This document shows, piece by piece, positions 9,925 to 20,146 of a stretch of 64,000 bases of DNA (positions are counted from its first letter, which is position 1; the number at the start of each line of letters is the position of its first letter). The stretch is from Planctomycetota bacterium (GTDB lineage: Bacteria > Planctomycetota > UBA11346), in assembly GCA_038231435.1 (NCBI GenBank), contig JBBRLJ010000008.1:32001-96000 (forward strand), read 5' to 3'. The notes beneath the pieces were generated by a model. It was not told where the DNA came from. It was given only the letters and a program-made list of their open reading frames with translations, and did not search any database. The position numbers were made by a program, and so were the translations under genes.

Positions 9925-11870
9925 GCGTGCGCTCCTTCCATCAGGGAGGGTGACCGGTGCGGCTGGGATCGTGGATGCGGTGACGGAGGGATCCGCCACG
10001 AGTCCTCTCCGGGCCGCCGGATCGAGCCTTCGTCGGCGTCGAGATCGATGTCGATGGCCGTGCCATCGGCGTAGGCGAGCGAGAATCGACGGCCGTCGTG
10101 GTCGACATACGACGCGAACTGCTGCACGTGGATCCCTGCGAGGCGATCGAAGGCGATCTCGTGAGGCAGGGCGATCTCGGCGATGGCGCGGAGGTACTCG
10201 GTTCCCGGCCCGAGCTCGCGCATCGCGATCTCCATGCCCGGCCGCGCGCCGCAGGCGAGCTGGGTCAGCAAGGCGTGGTGATGGCTGATCGGCTGTTCGG
10301 CTGTTCCGGTGTCCCAGGCGCCCTGATAGAGGACCAGGCCATGCACGGCGATGTTGTAGAACGGGATGATCCGGTTTACCGCCCGCGCGTAGATCGGGTC
10401 GAGCCGATCACGCAGCTGGCGGAATTCCCGCGCGCCGTGCAGATGCGCGACTTCGTCGACGAATGGCAGGGTGTAGGCCGGGCCGCCCTCGCACGACACT
10501 GCCCCGAACAGGGCGCGCGGGTACTGCAGCAGCCGGGTCAGGGACATCGCGAACTGCCGCTCATCGGCTGGATGGCGATGGTCGTGGCAACGCCACAAGC
10601 CGGTGGCCTGCGCATCGAGATAGTACGATCCGGTGAAACCCAGCTCCTGGAGACGCGTGACATCGCCGGCGTAGCGATCGAGATAGACCGTCGGGCAGGC
10701 TTTCAGGGTCTGTCCGCCAGCCCATAGGCCGGATGCCAGCAGCAGTCCGTGCTCGTCGCGCGCCGCTCCTTCAAGATCGAAGGCGGGAGAATTCTGGTAG
10801 ATGTCGGTGAGATTGTCGTGGGGAACCACCTGGTAGCCGAGTTCGCGGCATGCCGAAATGAGCGAGCGCAGGCCAGCCTCGCCGCCGAACGCGGGCTCGA
10901 TCGGAAAGCGCTGCGGCCAGGCGCCGTCGTGGCCGCCGGGATTCCAGCCGACCAACGTGACCACCGCCTTGGCGATTCCGGCAGCATGCATGGCGCGCAC
11001 CATGTGCTCGGACTCGGCGAAGGTGGCGCAGGAGACGAGCGGCGATGCGCCGTCCTGCCGGTACGGGGCCTTGTGGCCGTGGAAGATCTTCACGCGCATG
11101 GCGCGAGCCGAATAGTCCAGCACCGGATTGTCGGCGATGCGATCGGCCAGCGGCACGATGCCGCGGCGCTCGAGCAGGTATTCGCGGTACGCGAAAGCCG
11201 CTCGCGCATAACCGGCGCCGGCGATGCGCCGCAGCAGCAGCCGCTTGGTCTCCTGCGGCAGGACCTCGCCGACGTCATGGCGGATCGCGAAGGTCGCCCA
11301 GATCGCGCTAGTGCCAGCGCCATCGAGATCGGCCTCGATCCAGGCGTTGAAATCGCCTTCATCGACGATGCCGAGCACCGAGCCCGCCGAGGAGAGCGAG
11401 ACGAAGCAGTTCATCAGCGTGAACTTTTCCCACTCCTCTTGCGCCATGTACACGCGGTCGCGGATCCGAGCCGCCGGCTGGCCGGCGTGCGCCACCAGCG
11501 CGCCGGAAAAAGACGGCATCACGAAGTGCCCGCCTGCGCGCGAGTCCTGCTCCAGAAGCCGCGGCGCGAGCGACACGTCCATCAGTCGGGCCCCCGCTCC
11601 GCGCGTCTCGAGGATCTCGCCCGCCGGAATCGATATGGACAGGTACGGCCCATCCTCGGCGATCACCACCGGTACATGGGCGCCCATGGTCGCGCTGTGC
11701 ATCATCACCCGCAGCCGCGTCGCGCCGAGATGGTACGAGATCGGGGCGAAGTCGCCGATCGACTGCCGACGGCGCTCCGTGCGGCTCCACTGCGTGGCGG
11801 TGAGCAGGGAGCGCAGGTCGAGCGTGAAACCGGCGGCGACCAGACTCGCGCGATCGCGATCGAGTTTCAT
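9921..11870 (-). CDS. DUF5696 / GH101-GH129-like glycoside hydrolase, no signal peptide
   Basis: Start MKLDRDRAS at 11870; ATFAE...[29 protein letters not shown]...PHDN, YYLD and [10 protein letters not shown] motifs. Confidence 0.7.
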   Translation of the reverse strand: MKLDRDRASLVAAGFTLDLRSLLTATQWSRTERRRQSIGDFAPISYHLGATRLRVMMHSATMGAHVPVVIAEDGPYLSISIPAGEILETRGAGARLMDVSLAPRLLEQDSRAGGHFVMPSFSGALVAHAGQPAARIRDRVYMAQEEWEKFTLMNCFVSLSSAGSVLGIVDEGDFNAWIEADLDGAGTSAIWATFAIRHDVGEVLPQETKRLLLRRIAGAGYARAAFAYREYLLERRGIVPLADRIADNPVLDYSARAMRVKIFHGHKAPYRQDGASPLVSCATFAESEHMVRAMHAAGIAKAVVTLVGWNPGGHDGAWPQRFPIEPAFGGEAGLRSLISACRELGYQVVPHDNLTDIYQNSPAFDLEGAARDEHGLLLASGLWAGGQTLKACPTVYLDRYAGDVTRLQELGFTGSYYLDAQATGLWRCHDHRHPADERQFAMSLTRLLQYPRALFGAVSCEGGPAYTLPFVDEVAHLHGAREFRQLRDRLDPIYARAVNRIIPFYNIAVHGLVLYQGAWDTGTAEQPISHHHALLTQLACGARPGMEIAMRELGPGTEYLRAIAEIALPHEIAFDRLAGIHVQQFASYVDHDGRRFSLAYADGTAIDIDLDADEGSIRRPGEDSWRIPPSPHPRSQPHRSPSLMEGAHA

Positions 11871-12913
11871 GCGCTCTCCCCGCAGCTGCGCCCGGGGATC
11901 ACCCGCGTGCGGATCGTCGTGAGGGTGGGCGCGATGCCATCGACGCGGGCCTGGATCTCCTGGATCACCGAGTCCGCGACCTCGTCGGGATCGATCTCCA
12001 GCCGCGTCAGGGGCAGGTGGCAGAAGATGTCGATGCCTTTGTTGGCGTGGGTGATCAGTGCCACGTCCTCGCCGATGCGTTTGCCGCGCTGGAGCAAGGC
12101 ATGGATAACCCCGCGCGTCTGGCTGTCGCAGAGCGAGGCGATCGCATCGGGACATCCAGCGGGATCATCGATCAGCGCCAGCGCGACCGCGTGGCCATCG
12201 ACTTCCTTCGCTTCGCACTGGAACATGCGCAGGCGCACCGGACCCAGGCTCATGCCGGTCCCCAGCGAGGTGGCCAGCGCCTGGCCCATTTCGGCGTTGA
12301 GTTCGGAGTGGTTGTGGATCACCGCCACATCCCGGCGGCCGAGGCGGAACAGGTAGGTCAGGGCCTGTTCGAGCAGGTGACGGTTGTCGAAGGAGAATTC
12401 GCAGCAGGTATGGGGAACCGGGCACTGGCGCTCGAGCCAGTCGCGGACCAGATCGTTGGAGCAGAACTCGATGATCGCCTGCACCTTGCCCTCGGCCGCG
12501 CTGGTCTGCAGGGAATGGAAGGCGCGATCGGCCACCGACTCCTCGGTGGTGATGAAATGCTGGTGCGCCCAACCGGCCTTGACCAGGCGCTTGGTGATGC
12601 GATCGGATAACACGTTGAAGAAGGCACGGTCGATGCGCGCGAAGTTGTTGTCGCCGAAGACGATCGCCGCCGTCCGGCCCTTCACCCCCGGTCTGACGAA
12701 GGTCCCCGCTCCGCGCCGCCTTTCGACCAGGCCCCGCCGTGTCAGCTGAGTCAGGGCGGTCTGGATGGTCTCCGGATTGACCTGGAACTCCTCGGCCAAC
12801 TCGGTGGTGGACGGGAGCCGGGTTCCCGCGGGTAGGGTGCCGTCGAATATCTTCGACTCAAACTGTTGGCAAATCTGAACATATATTGGCGATGAACGCG
12901 TGAACATGGGCAT
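11867..12913 (-). CDS. GntR-family regulator with LacI-type effector domain (AraR-like)
   Basis: wHTH RLPSTTELAEEFQVNPETIQTAL...RRRGAGTFV; C-terminal PDAIASLCD, IGEDVALI, PLTRL. Confidence 0.9.
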   Translation of the reverse strand: MPMFTRSSPIYVQICQQFESKIFDGTLPAGTRLPSTTELAEEFQVNPETIQTALTQLTRRGLVERRRGAGTFVRPGVKGRTAAIVFGDNNFARIDRAFFNVLSDRITKRLVKAGWAHQHFITTEESVADRAFHSLQTSAAEGKVQAIIEFCSNDLVRDWLERQCPVPHTCCEFSFDNRHLLEQALTYLFRLGRRDVAVIHNHSELNAEMGQALATSLGTGMSLGPVRLRMFQCEAKEVDGHAVALALIDDPAGCPDAIASLCDSQTRGVIHALLQRGKRIGEDVALITHANKGIDIFCHLPLTRLEIDPDEVADSVIQEIQARVDGIAPTLTTIRTRVIPGRSCGESA

Positions 12914-12939
12914 GGGAGCGGCTCGCTATGGGGCTTAAT

Positions 12940-12980
12940 CGGTATATCCATATTGACCAGTATAATTAGGAGTCAAGCAG
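12940..12980 (-). promoter_or_regulatory. Candidate promoter/operator region for the GntR glycan operon
   Basis: AT-rich patch; TTGACT on the minus strand at 12976-12971; the -10 element is not clean. Confidence 0.35.
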
Positions 12981-13350
12981 CGGTCCGACTCCAATGTCGA
13001 GGGATTCATCGGTCGTCTGAACCGCCAACGCCCATGCACCTCACAAAAGGAAATGCGGCTCATGCCGTCCTTCGAGATCGGGATGTGGTGGGTATCCTTC
13101 GACCCGCCACTACCCCTGGTGTCTCCTCGAGAGCCACTCCGGAATATTCGATACAGGGGCTGCTATCTCCGCGCGATTTGCTGAGGTATCCTTTCCGGAA
13201 TAGCGAGGCATCGCGTACCGACCACATGTCCGACTCCGTTACCAATACCAACGCCATGCCCGAACCACGATCTGCTCCGGATCCGAGTGATCGGATTGCT
13301 CGCGCTTTCTGGCGCGATCGCCGAGTTCAGGCGTTCGAGGACGGACGGCC

Positions 13351-14643
13351 ATGACTTCCATCCCCAGCACCGGCGATGCAGGTGACCGGCATCCCACCGT
13401 GCGTTTGGAGGGACGCGCTCGCGGCACGCGAACCGACGCGAAGCGTCCTCCAGAAGTACCAACCGATCCTTCCGACCCGGCGTATGCCGACCAGATCGAG
13501 TCGTGGATGGATTCGCTGGTGGGCGAGAATTCCGAAGCGGCAGACGCCACCGCGATCGCTCCTGCCGACAGCCCTGATGCGTCGCCGCCCGCGGCGATCA
13601 TTCCCCCCGCGACGGCTCTCCAGATTCCGGCGCCCGTGCACCCACGCCGGCCATGGATGCTCGCGGCGATCGCACTCGCGGGTGTGACGCTGGTGGGCAT
13701 CGCGGTCCAGGGGGGATTCCTGCGCCGCTCCGGCCCGGCGGTCGGTCGCGTCGTGGCCTCGACCACCATCCTCCGCGCGTCGGCGGACGGCGTGCTCGTC
13801 GCGCTGCCGCTCGCCGAGGGCGACGAGGTGGCGGAGGGAGCGATCGTGGCGCGGATCGATCCCGCGGTAGAGGAACGATCGTTTGCCGCGGCCCGGTCCC
13901 GGTTGGCGGATGCTCAGGCGAGCGCCGAGCGCGCGCGGCAGGACCTGGCCGCCGCCGAGCGCGACGCCACGGCCGAGCAGGCCACGGTCGCCCGCGCGCT
14001 GGATGCCGCAGATGTCCGCTGCCGCGAGGCGCTCCTGCGCTTCGGGCACATCGCGCGCCTGCATGAGCAGAAGCAGTCGAGCGATGCGACATTCGAGTTC
14101 ACGCGCGACCTCGTGCAGAAGGAGAAGGCCGCGCGTACCCAGGCCCAGGCTGCGGTCGAGGCGCTGCCCGCGAAGCAGAAGGCCGCGCTTGAGACGCTAC
14201 GGGATGCGATCCGCGAGAGCGATGCGCGCGTGGAGGCGGATGCGCGCGCCGTGGATCTCGGTCTCGCGCGCCTCGCCGCCACCGCCGTCAAGGCCCCGAT
14301 CGCGGGCGTGGTGGGCTCGCATCGCGCGGCCATCGGATCGAGGGTGTCCTCTGCCGAGGGCGGGACGCCGCTGCTGACGCTGCTCGACCGGGCGCATCCG
14401 CTTGTCGAGGCGACGCTCGATCCCGAGATCGCCGCGACGCTCGCGATCGGTTCGCCCGCGAGCGTCGAATCCGACGCGGCACCAGGATCGCCGATCAGAG
14501 CCACCATCCAAAGCATCGATCCATCGGGCGACGTGCGGCTCGAGCTCGCTCCCCAAGCATCGCCACCGCAACTGGTGATCGGCATGCGCGTACGCGTGAC
14601 GTTCGCGGCCCAGGCAGTCGGAGCGGGCGCGGCCGGGCGCTGA
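13351..14643 (+). CDS. HlyD/RND-type periplasmic adaptor (membrane fusion protein)
   Basis: Pro-rich N-terminus, single TM helix, lipoyl half-motifs (ASADGVLVALPLAEGDEVAEGAIVARID; VKAPIAGVV), long coiled coil, C-terminal GMRVRV. Confidence 0.85.
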   Translation: MTSIPSTGDAGDRHPTVRLEGRARGTRTDAKRPPEVPTDPSDPAYADQIESWMDSLVGENSEAADATAIAPADSPDASPPAAIIPPATALQIPAPVHPRRPWMLAAIALAGVTLVGIAVQGGFLRRSGPAVGRVVASTTILRASADGVLVALPLAEGDEVAEGAIVARIDPAVEERSFAAARSRLADAQASAERARQDLAAAERDATAEQATVARALDAADVRCREALLRFGHIARLHEQKQSSDATFEFTRDLVQKEKAARTQAQAAVEALPAKQKAALETLRDAIRESDARVEADARAVDLGLARLAATAVKAPIAGVVGSHRAAIGSRVSSAEGGTPLLTLLDRAHPLVEATLDPEIAATLAIGSPASVESDAAPGSPIRATIQSIDPSGDVRLELAPQASPPQLVIGMRVRVTFAAQAVGAGAAGR

Positions 14644-14874
14644 GCCTGGGGATGGTCGGGTCTTTGATGTCGAGATGCGCTGCACGTGCCCACGTCAACC
14701 ATGCCTGACATCATGCGAGATCCCCGCGTGGTGGAGAAAGTCGCCAGCGAGCTGAACGCTAGGCGCGCCTGACATCCTCTCGCGCTAGCAGGCGAACATG
14801 GCGCGGCTCGACAGCGGGCGGGAAGCGTCATCATGTCGCGACCTCCCTCGCACACCTGTTCCGAAGGCATCACC

Positions 14875-16782
14875 ATGCGCCTCGCCCCGCCGTTCACCGA
14901 CCACGCCGTCCTGCAGCGCGACCTGCCCATCCCCGTGTGGGGCACCGCGGCGCCCATGGAGGCAGTCACGGTGACGCTGGCGGGACAGACCGCGCGCGTC
15001 GTATCCGGTCCCGACGGCACCTGGCTTGTCCGCATGCCGGCGCTGCCCGCGGGCGGGCCGCATCGGCTGGCGGCCAGCTCGGCTTCTGGTGAGGCCAAAG
15101 CCGACGATGTGCTCGTCGGCGAGGTGTGGATCTGCTCGGGGCAGTCGAACATGGAATGGAAGTTGTCGGAAACCCATCAGGTCGGGCGCGCCGAGGACAA
15201 CGCGTTGCCGAACGTACGCCTGCTCACGGTGCAGACGCCCGCGCGGCTCGGCCGCCAGTCGGCGATCGACGCCGCCTGGACGCCGGCGAACCACGCCACG
15301 CTCGCCGGGTTCTCGGCGGTGGGCGGCTGGTTCGGTCGCACGCTCCACCGCGAGCTCGGCGTCCCCGTCGGCCTGATCTGCAACGCCTGGGGCGGCACGC
15401 GCATCCAGGCGTGGATCAGCCGCGAGGCTTTGGCGCGCGATCGCGACGGCCGTGATGAGGTGCGCCACTATGAAGGCCACGTCTTCGCTCCCGACCGCAC
15501 GGTGGTCGGCGAATTCGCGACGGTCGCGCAGTGGGAGGCCAATCTCCCCAGTCTCGACACCGGCAATGCGGGACTGGCACGCGGTTGGGCGCGCGGCGAT
15601 TTCGCCGACCAGGCGTGGCGGACCATGCCCATGCCCAGCCGTTGGCAGGACCACGGCCATCCCGGCAGCGGGGTGTTCTGGTTCCGACGCACGGTTGCCG
15701 TGCCGGCGGCGTGGGCGGGCCGCGCGCTCGAGCTGCACCTCGGCGCCATCGACAAGCACGATGACACCTACGTGGGCGGCGAACGTGTTGGTGGCATGTC
15801 GTGGGAGCAGGGGGCCGACACCTGGCGCACGCCGCGCGTCTATCCCGTGCCCGCGAAGCTGATGGGAAGCGACAGCAAGCTGTGCATCGCGGTTCGCGCG
15901 CGTTCACACGCCTTCCATGGTGGCATGATCGGTCCGCAGACCGAGATGCGCGTGCATCCCGCGGGTCAGCCCGAGGCCGCGATCGACCTGTCGGGAACCT
16001 GGCGCTACGAGATCGAGCAGGACTGGGGCATGCAATCGCCGCCCACCATGATGTGGGGCGACGGCAATCCCAATTCGCCGTACATCCTCTTCGACAGCCG
16101 TCTCTCGCCGCTCATCCCGTACGCGATCCGCGGCGCGATCTGGTACCAGGGCGAGAGCAACGCGCACGAGGCCACGCTCTACCGCCGCATGCAGCCGCTG
16201 ATGATCGACGACTGGCGCCGCGCCTGGGGCCAGGGTGCGTTCACCTTCCTGCAGGTGCAGTTGGCGAATTTCCGTCTCGCCGGTGACGGCACGGCGCGCA
16301 GCGACTGGGCCGAGCTGCGCGACGCGCAGTTCGCCACCTTGGCCGAACCCGCGACCGGCATGGCGGTGGCGATCGACGTGGGCGACGCCGACGACATCCA
16401 TCCGCGCGACAAGCGCACCGTCGGCGAACGCCTGGCGCGCTGGGCCCTGGCCGAGACCTACGGCCGCGGCGGCCCGCCATCGGGACCGCTGTTCACCGAC
16501 ATGACCGTCGAGGCCGGCGGCCGCGCGCGCTGCCGTTTCCGCCACGCCGCTGGCCTGCGTACCCTGGACGGCAAGCCGCCCAGCCACGTGGCCATCGCCG
16601 GCATCGACAAGGTGTTCGTGCGCGCGCAGGCGGCGATCGACGGCGACACCCTGGTCGCCTGGAGCCCAGCGGTGCCGCGACCCGCGTCCGTGCGCTACGC
16701 CTGGGCCGACAACCCGGTCGGCTGCAACCTGGTCAACGCCGCCGCGCTGCCGGCGTCGCCGTTCCGCAGCGACTCGTGGTGA
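14875..16782 (+). CDS. Sialate O-acetylesterase (SASA family) with inserted galactose-binding-like domain
   Basis: FTDHAVLQRD, GEVWICSGQSNME, WYQGESN, DIHPRDK, VRYAW, LPASPFRSD. Confidence 0.92.
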   Translation: MRLAPPFTDHAVLQRDLPIPVWGTAAPMEAVTVTLAGQTARVVSGPDGTWLVRMPALPAGGPHRLAASSASGEAKADDVLVGEVWICSGQSNMEWKLSETHQVGRAEDNALPNVRLLTVQTPARLGRQSAIDAAWTPANHATLAGFSAVGGWFGRTLHRELGVPVGLICNAWGGTRIQAWISREALARDRDGRDEVRHYEGHVFAPDRTVVGEFATVAQWEANLPSLDTGNAGLARGWARGDFADQAWRTMPMPSRWQDHGHPGSGVFWFRRTVAVPAAWAGRALELHLGAIDKHDDTYVGGERVGGMSWEQGADTWRTPRVYPVPAKLMGSDSKLCIAVRARSHAFHGGMIGPQTEMRVHPAGQPEAAIDLSGTWRYEIEQDWGMQSPPTMMWGDGNPNSPYILFDSRLSPLIPYAIRGAIWYQGESNAHEATLYRRMQPLMIDDWRRAWGQGAFTFLQVQLANFRLAGDGTARSDWAELRDAQFATLAEPATGMAVAIDVGDADDIHPRDKRTVGERLARWALAETYGRGGPPSGPLFTDMTVEAGGRARCRFRHAAGLRTLDGKPPSHVAIAGIDKVFVRAQAAIDGDTLVAWSPAVPRPASVRYAWADNPVGCNLVNAAALPASPFRSDSW

Positions 16783-16960
16783 TACGAGCGTGCCCGCAGT
16801 GATGAACGATGCGGCGCGACTCGGGCCCGTGATACATTCCTCAAGTATATCACGGTAAAAACCCCGCCAAAACATCAACCGCGTCTGTCACCAGGCTAGA
16901 GTGCCGGCATTATCCCTCCAGCCACCGCCGGCGTCTCGGCGACACTCCAGGAACACCAGC

Positions 16961-18259
16961 ATGCGCTCTCTGACCATCGCCAGCTTCCTCATCGGTGCCC
17001 CGCTACTGCTGTGCGCGGCCGATCCCGCGCCGGTCGCCGAGGCCAAGCCGGCCGATCCGTATGCCGACTTCACCTATGAGAAGAGCAACAACGACGGCAA
17101 GGGTTGGGTGCGCACCATCGCGGTCAAGACGCCCGCCTGCCGCGCCGACGTGAAGGGCAAGGTCCAGGTCGAGTTCACCGCTCCCGGGCTAACCGTGGCG
17201 AAGGCCACCTGCTGGCAGCAGCCGAACGCCAAGAATCCGGCTCCGTTCGGCCACGATGTCGACGTGGTCACGGATCTGAAGCTCGATGCGGACGGCCACG
17301 GGACGTTCGAGTTCCCCGCCGACGATTTCCCCAACGGTCCGACCATACTCCGGATCTACGCTCATGACGCGGCGACCAAGAAGCGCGATCTGTTCGAGCT
17401 GCAGCTCTACAACCAGGGCGGCGCGGTGTGGAAGCAGGGCATTCCCAAGACCGATCCGCCGGCGGCCAAGGGCATGAAGCTGGTGTTCGCTGACGACTTC
17501 GACAAGGACCTCTCGATCTCGAAGGACGGGCAAGGGGCCACCTACTGCTCGCACAAGCCGCCCAATGGCGATTTCAGCGCTTGGCCGTTCTCGGACTTCG
17601 AAGGCGACATGAATCCATTCAGCCGAGTCGGCACCTTCCTGAAGATCCACGCCGCGAAGCGCTCCGATGGCAAGACCTCGTCTGGGCTGATCTCCTCGGC
17701 GCGTATGGACGGCACCGGGATCTTCGCCACCGCGCCGTATTATTTCGAGTGCCGCTTCGTCGCGCATTCGGCGCCCGGGACTTGGCCGGCCTTCTGGCTG
17801 CTCAACCAGGGCACGATCAAGAAGGGCATGAAGTGCGACGAACTCGACGTCATCGAGGCCTACGGCGGCCTCGGCGCGCAGACCCCGAACAACGATCATT
17901 ACACGCTGTGCACGCACTTCTGGGGCCAGAACGGTCCGGACGGCAAGCCGCTGATGGGCGGAGCCCAGGCCAAGGACGTGCGCACCCAGGATCTCCCCGG
18001 CAAGGCGTATTGGACGAGCACCTTCCACATCTACGGCGTGCAGGTCACCGCCACCGATACCATCTACTATTGCGACGACACCGAGGTCTTCCGCCATCCG
18101 TCGGGCACCATCTCCTCGACGGACGCGTACTTCTTCCTGATCAACTTGGCGGTCGGCGGCGCGTGGCCGGCGGATCTGGCGCGCTACGGCGACGCCACCG
18201 ACATGTTCGTCGACTACGTGCGCGTGTACCAGGGCGAGCAGAGCCCACCGAAGAAGTGA
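16961..18259 (+). CDS. Secreted GH16 glycoside hydrolase with N-terminal extra domain
   Basis: Signal peptide; LVFADDF, GTWPAFWL, catalytic ELDVIE, FHIYG, LINLAVGG, VDYVRVYQ. Confidence 0.88.
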   Translation: MRSLTIASFLIGAPLLLCAADPAPVAEAKPADPYADFTYEKSNNDGKGWVRTIAVKTPACRADVKGKVQVEFTAPGLTVAKATCWQQPNAKNPAPFGHDVDVVTDLKLDADGHGTFEFPADDFPNGPTILRIYAHDAATKKRDLFELQLYNQGGAVWKQGIPKTDPPAAKGMKLVFADDFDKDLSISKDGQGATYCSHKPPNGDFSAWPFSDFEGDMNPFSRVGTFLKIHAAKRSDGKTSSGLISSARMDGTGIFATAPYYFECRFVAHSAPGTWPAFWLLNQGTIKKGMKCDELDVIEAYGGLGAQTPNNDHYTLCTHFWGQNGPDGKPLMGGAQAKDVRTQDLPGKAYWTSTFHIYGVQVTATDTIYYCDDTEVFRHPSGTISSTDAYFFLINLAVGGAWPADLARYGDATDMFVDYVRVYQGEQSPPKK

Positions 18260-18304
18260 CGCGGTGGTGTCGGGCGACATCGCCTCGACAAACGCGTCAC
18301 CCAC

Positions 18305-20146
18305 TCACCAGATGACCAGGGTCATGCCCACCCGGCCATGGCCGCGCGCCGTGGCCGTGATGCGCCACAGACGATCGGTGCGCCAGGTCCTGCGCAGGCC
18401 CGGATCCTCGAGGGGGAATTCGTCGATGGCCACCTCGGCCCCTGGAAAATCCAAGGTGAAGCGACCGCGGCGCGGATCCTCGATGGCGTACCAGGTGGTG
18501 ACGGCGGTGATGGCGCCATCGCCCTCGATGCGATCGTCGACGGTGATGCGCTGGGCGACGCGATCGAAGCGGACCGTGCGCGCGACGCGGCGTAGTCCGG
18601 CGCCCTGCGCATAGCAGGCGGTGAGGTCGGCGCTGAACTCGTCGGCGCTGCTCGAGGAGGACGCGCGCACGTCGCGAGCGGCATGCTCCGTGCCCGGTTG
18701 CTGCTCATGGCCGTTGACCACCGGCGCGTTGTGTCCGCTGCCCCGGATGCACCAGATGGAGTAGCGTTCCGAGGAAAAGGTGCGTATCGAGTAGGCCTCG
18801 ACGCCCGGGTCGACCACCACCGGGATGCCGTGCTTGAGCACGTGCACGCAGCCAACGTCGTTGTGGTTGTGGTTCTCGCCGTTGTGGCCGCCCTTCACCG
18901 CCAGCACCAGGCCAGGGGTGCGCACCACCAGTACCTGGAGATCGGGCATCCAGGTGCGCGGCGCAGGCGGCGCCGCCGCGGGCCGGCGTGGCGCTGGATC
19001 CATCCAGAACAGCTGCCAGAGCAGGTCCTGCAGTGCAGCGCCGGTGCCGGCACTCTGCAGCGCCTCGGGCGATTCATCGGCATCGAAGCCACGGCATTCG
19101 AGCCAGGCCAGCTCCTGCAGCGCTGGCAGGCCCAGGCGTTCGCCCACCCGCCAGCCGACCGCTCGGCGAACGCTGCCGGTACCGACATTGTCGCCGAAGG
19201 GCAGGAACCAACGTCCGCCGAGATGTGCGTTGGCTGGGAATGCGCCGAGCGCGGCGAACTGCGGATGATCGAAGAAGGCGATGCGCCCGCCGCTGGCGTG
19301 GTGCAGGGATTCGAGGAACAGGAAGAGGGTGCCGAAGGCCACGCCCCAGTAGCGCATGCCTTCATCGCAGCCGCCATCCGGACCGTAGTTCGCCAGGAAG
19401 CGATCGCCGCACTCGAGGAAACGGCCAACCACCTGCTCCATGCCGGCGCGGTCGCGCGCGTGCGCGAGCACCACGCGGCCGGCGTTGGCGACGATCCACG
19501 GTGTCCAGTTGTTCCGGCCGCTGAGCCAGTGCCAGTCGTCGATAGTGGTGACCGGATCGACGATGCGCGTGCGCAAGTCGTGCAGCAGGCGCGGCACGAT
19601 CGACGCATCCATGTCGGCGAGATCCTCACCGAGCAGGTCGAGCGCATCGGCGACCACCGCCCCGGTCTCGGCAGCGAACAGATCGACGACCGGCAGCTGG
19701 TGCTGGGGCAGTCCAAGGCGTGCGCCGGTGGTCCGGTGCGCGGCATGCGCGGGGATGCACCAGGTGCTCTCCTCCGCCAGCGCCCATAGCGCGTCGAGCG
19801 AGGCGTCGAGCCAGCGAGGCTCACGAGTTGCGGCGAAGGCGAGGGTGACGTAGGCGAGATGCTGCCGACGAGCGAAGTATGGCGCTTCGCCGCGCACGCG
19901 GTTGCCGGTGCGGACGCTATCGAGGTAGAGCGAGGCAGGCAGCGCCGGCCAGCCGGCGGCGACGGCCGCTTCCGCCTTGGCGAGGATCCAGGCGCGCCGC
20001 TCGGGCGTGAGCACGCGCTCCCAGGCGGCACGGTCTCGCGCCGAGGGCCACGCGCGCCAGGCGCCGGGCTCGGGAAGGGTGGCGCGCCGCTCGGGCGTGA
20101 GGCGTGAGGCGAGTGATGCCGCGGTCGCCATGGGCTTCTCCATCAT
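18305..20146 (-). CDS. Heparinase II/III-like family protein
   Basis: NNWTPW, DGGCDEG..YW, KGGHNGENHNHNDVG, VDPGVEAY, GHN motifs; no signal peptide. Confidence 0.85.
   Translation of the reverse strand: MMEKPMATAASLASRLTPERRATLPEPGAWRAWPSARDRAAWERVLTPERRAWILAKAEAAVAAGWPALPASLYLDSVRTGNRVRGEAPYFARRQHLAYVTLAFAATREPRWLDASLDALWALAEESTWCIPAHAAHRTTGARLGLPQHQLPVVDLFAAETGAVVADALDLLGEDLADMDASIVPRLLHDLRTRIVDPVTTIDDWHWLSGRNNWTPWIVANAGRVVLAHARDRAGMEQVVGRFLECGDRFLANYGPDGGCDEGMRYWGVAFGTLFLFLESLHHASGGRIAFFDHPQFAALGAFPANAHLGGRWFLPFGDNVGTGSVRRAVGWRVGERLGLPALQELAWLECRGFDADESPEALQSAGTGAALQDLLWQLFWMDPAPRRPAAAPPAPRTWMPDLQVLVVRTPGLVLAVKGGHNGENHNHNDVGCVHVLKHGIPVVVDPGVEAYSIRTFSSERYSIWCIRGSGHNAPVVNGHEQQPGTEHAARDVRASSSSSADEFSADLTACYAQGAGLRRVARTVRFDRVAQRITVDDRIEGDGAITAVTTWYAIEDPRRGRFTLDFPGAEVAIDEFPLEDPGLRRTWRTDRLWRITATARGHGRVGMTLVIW

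Noticed and set aside
14701..14772. Tiny ORF MPDIMRDPRVVEKVASELNARRA
   Set aside because: No clear RBS or recognisable similarity; could be chance or a gene remnant.
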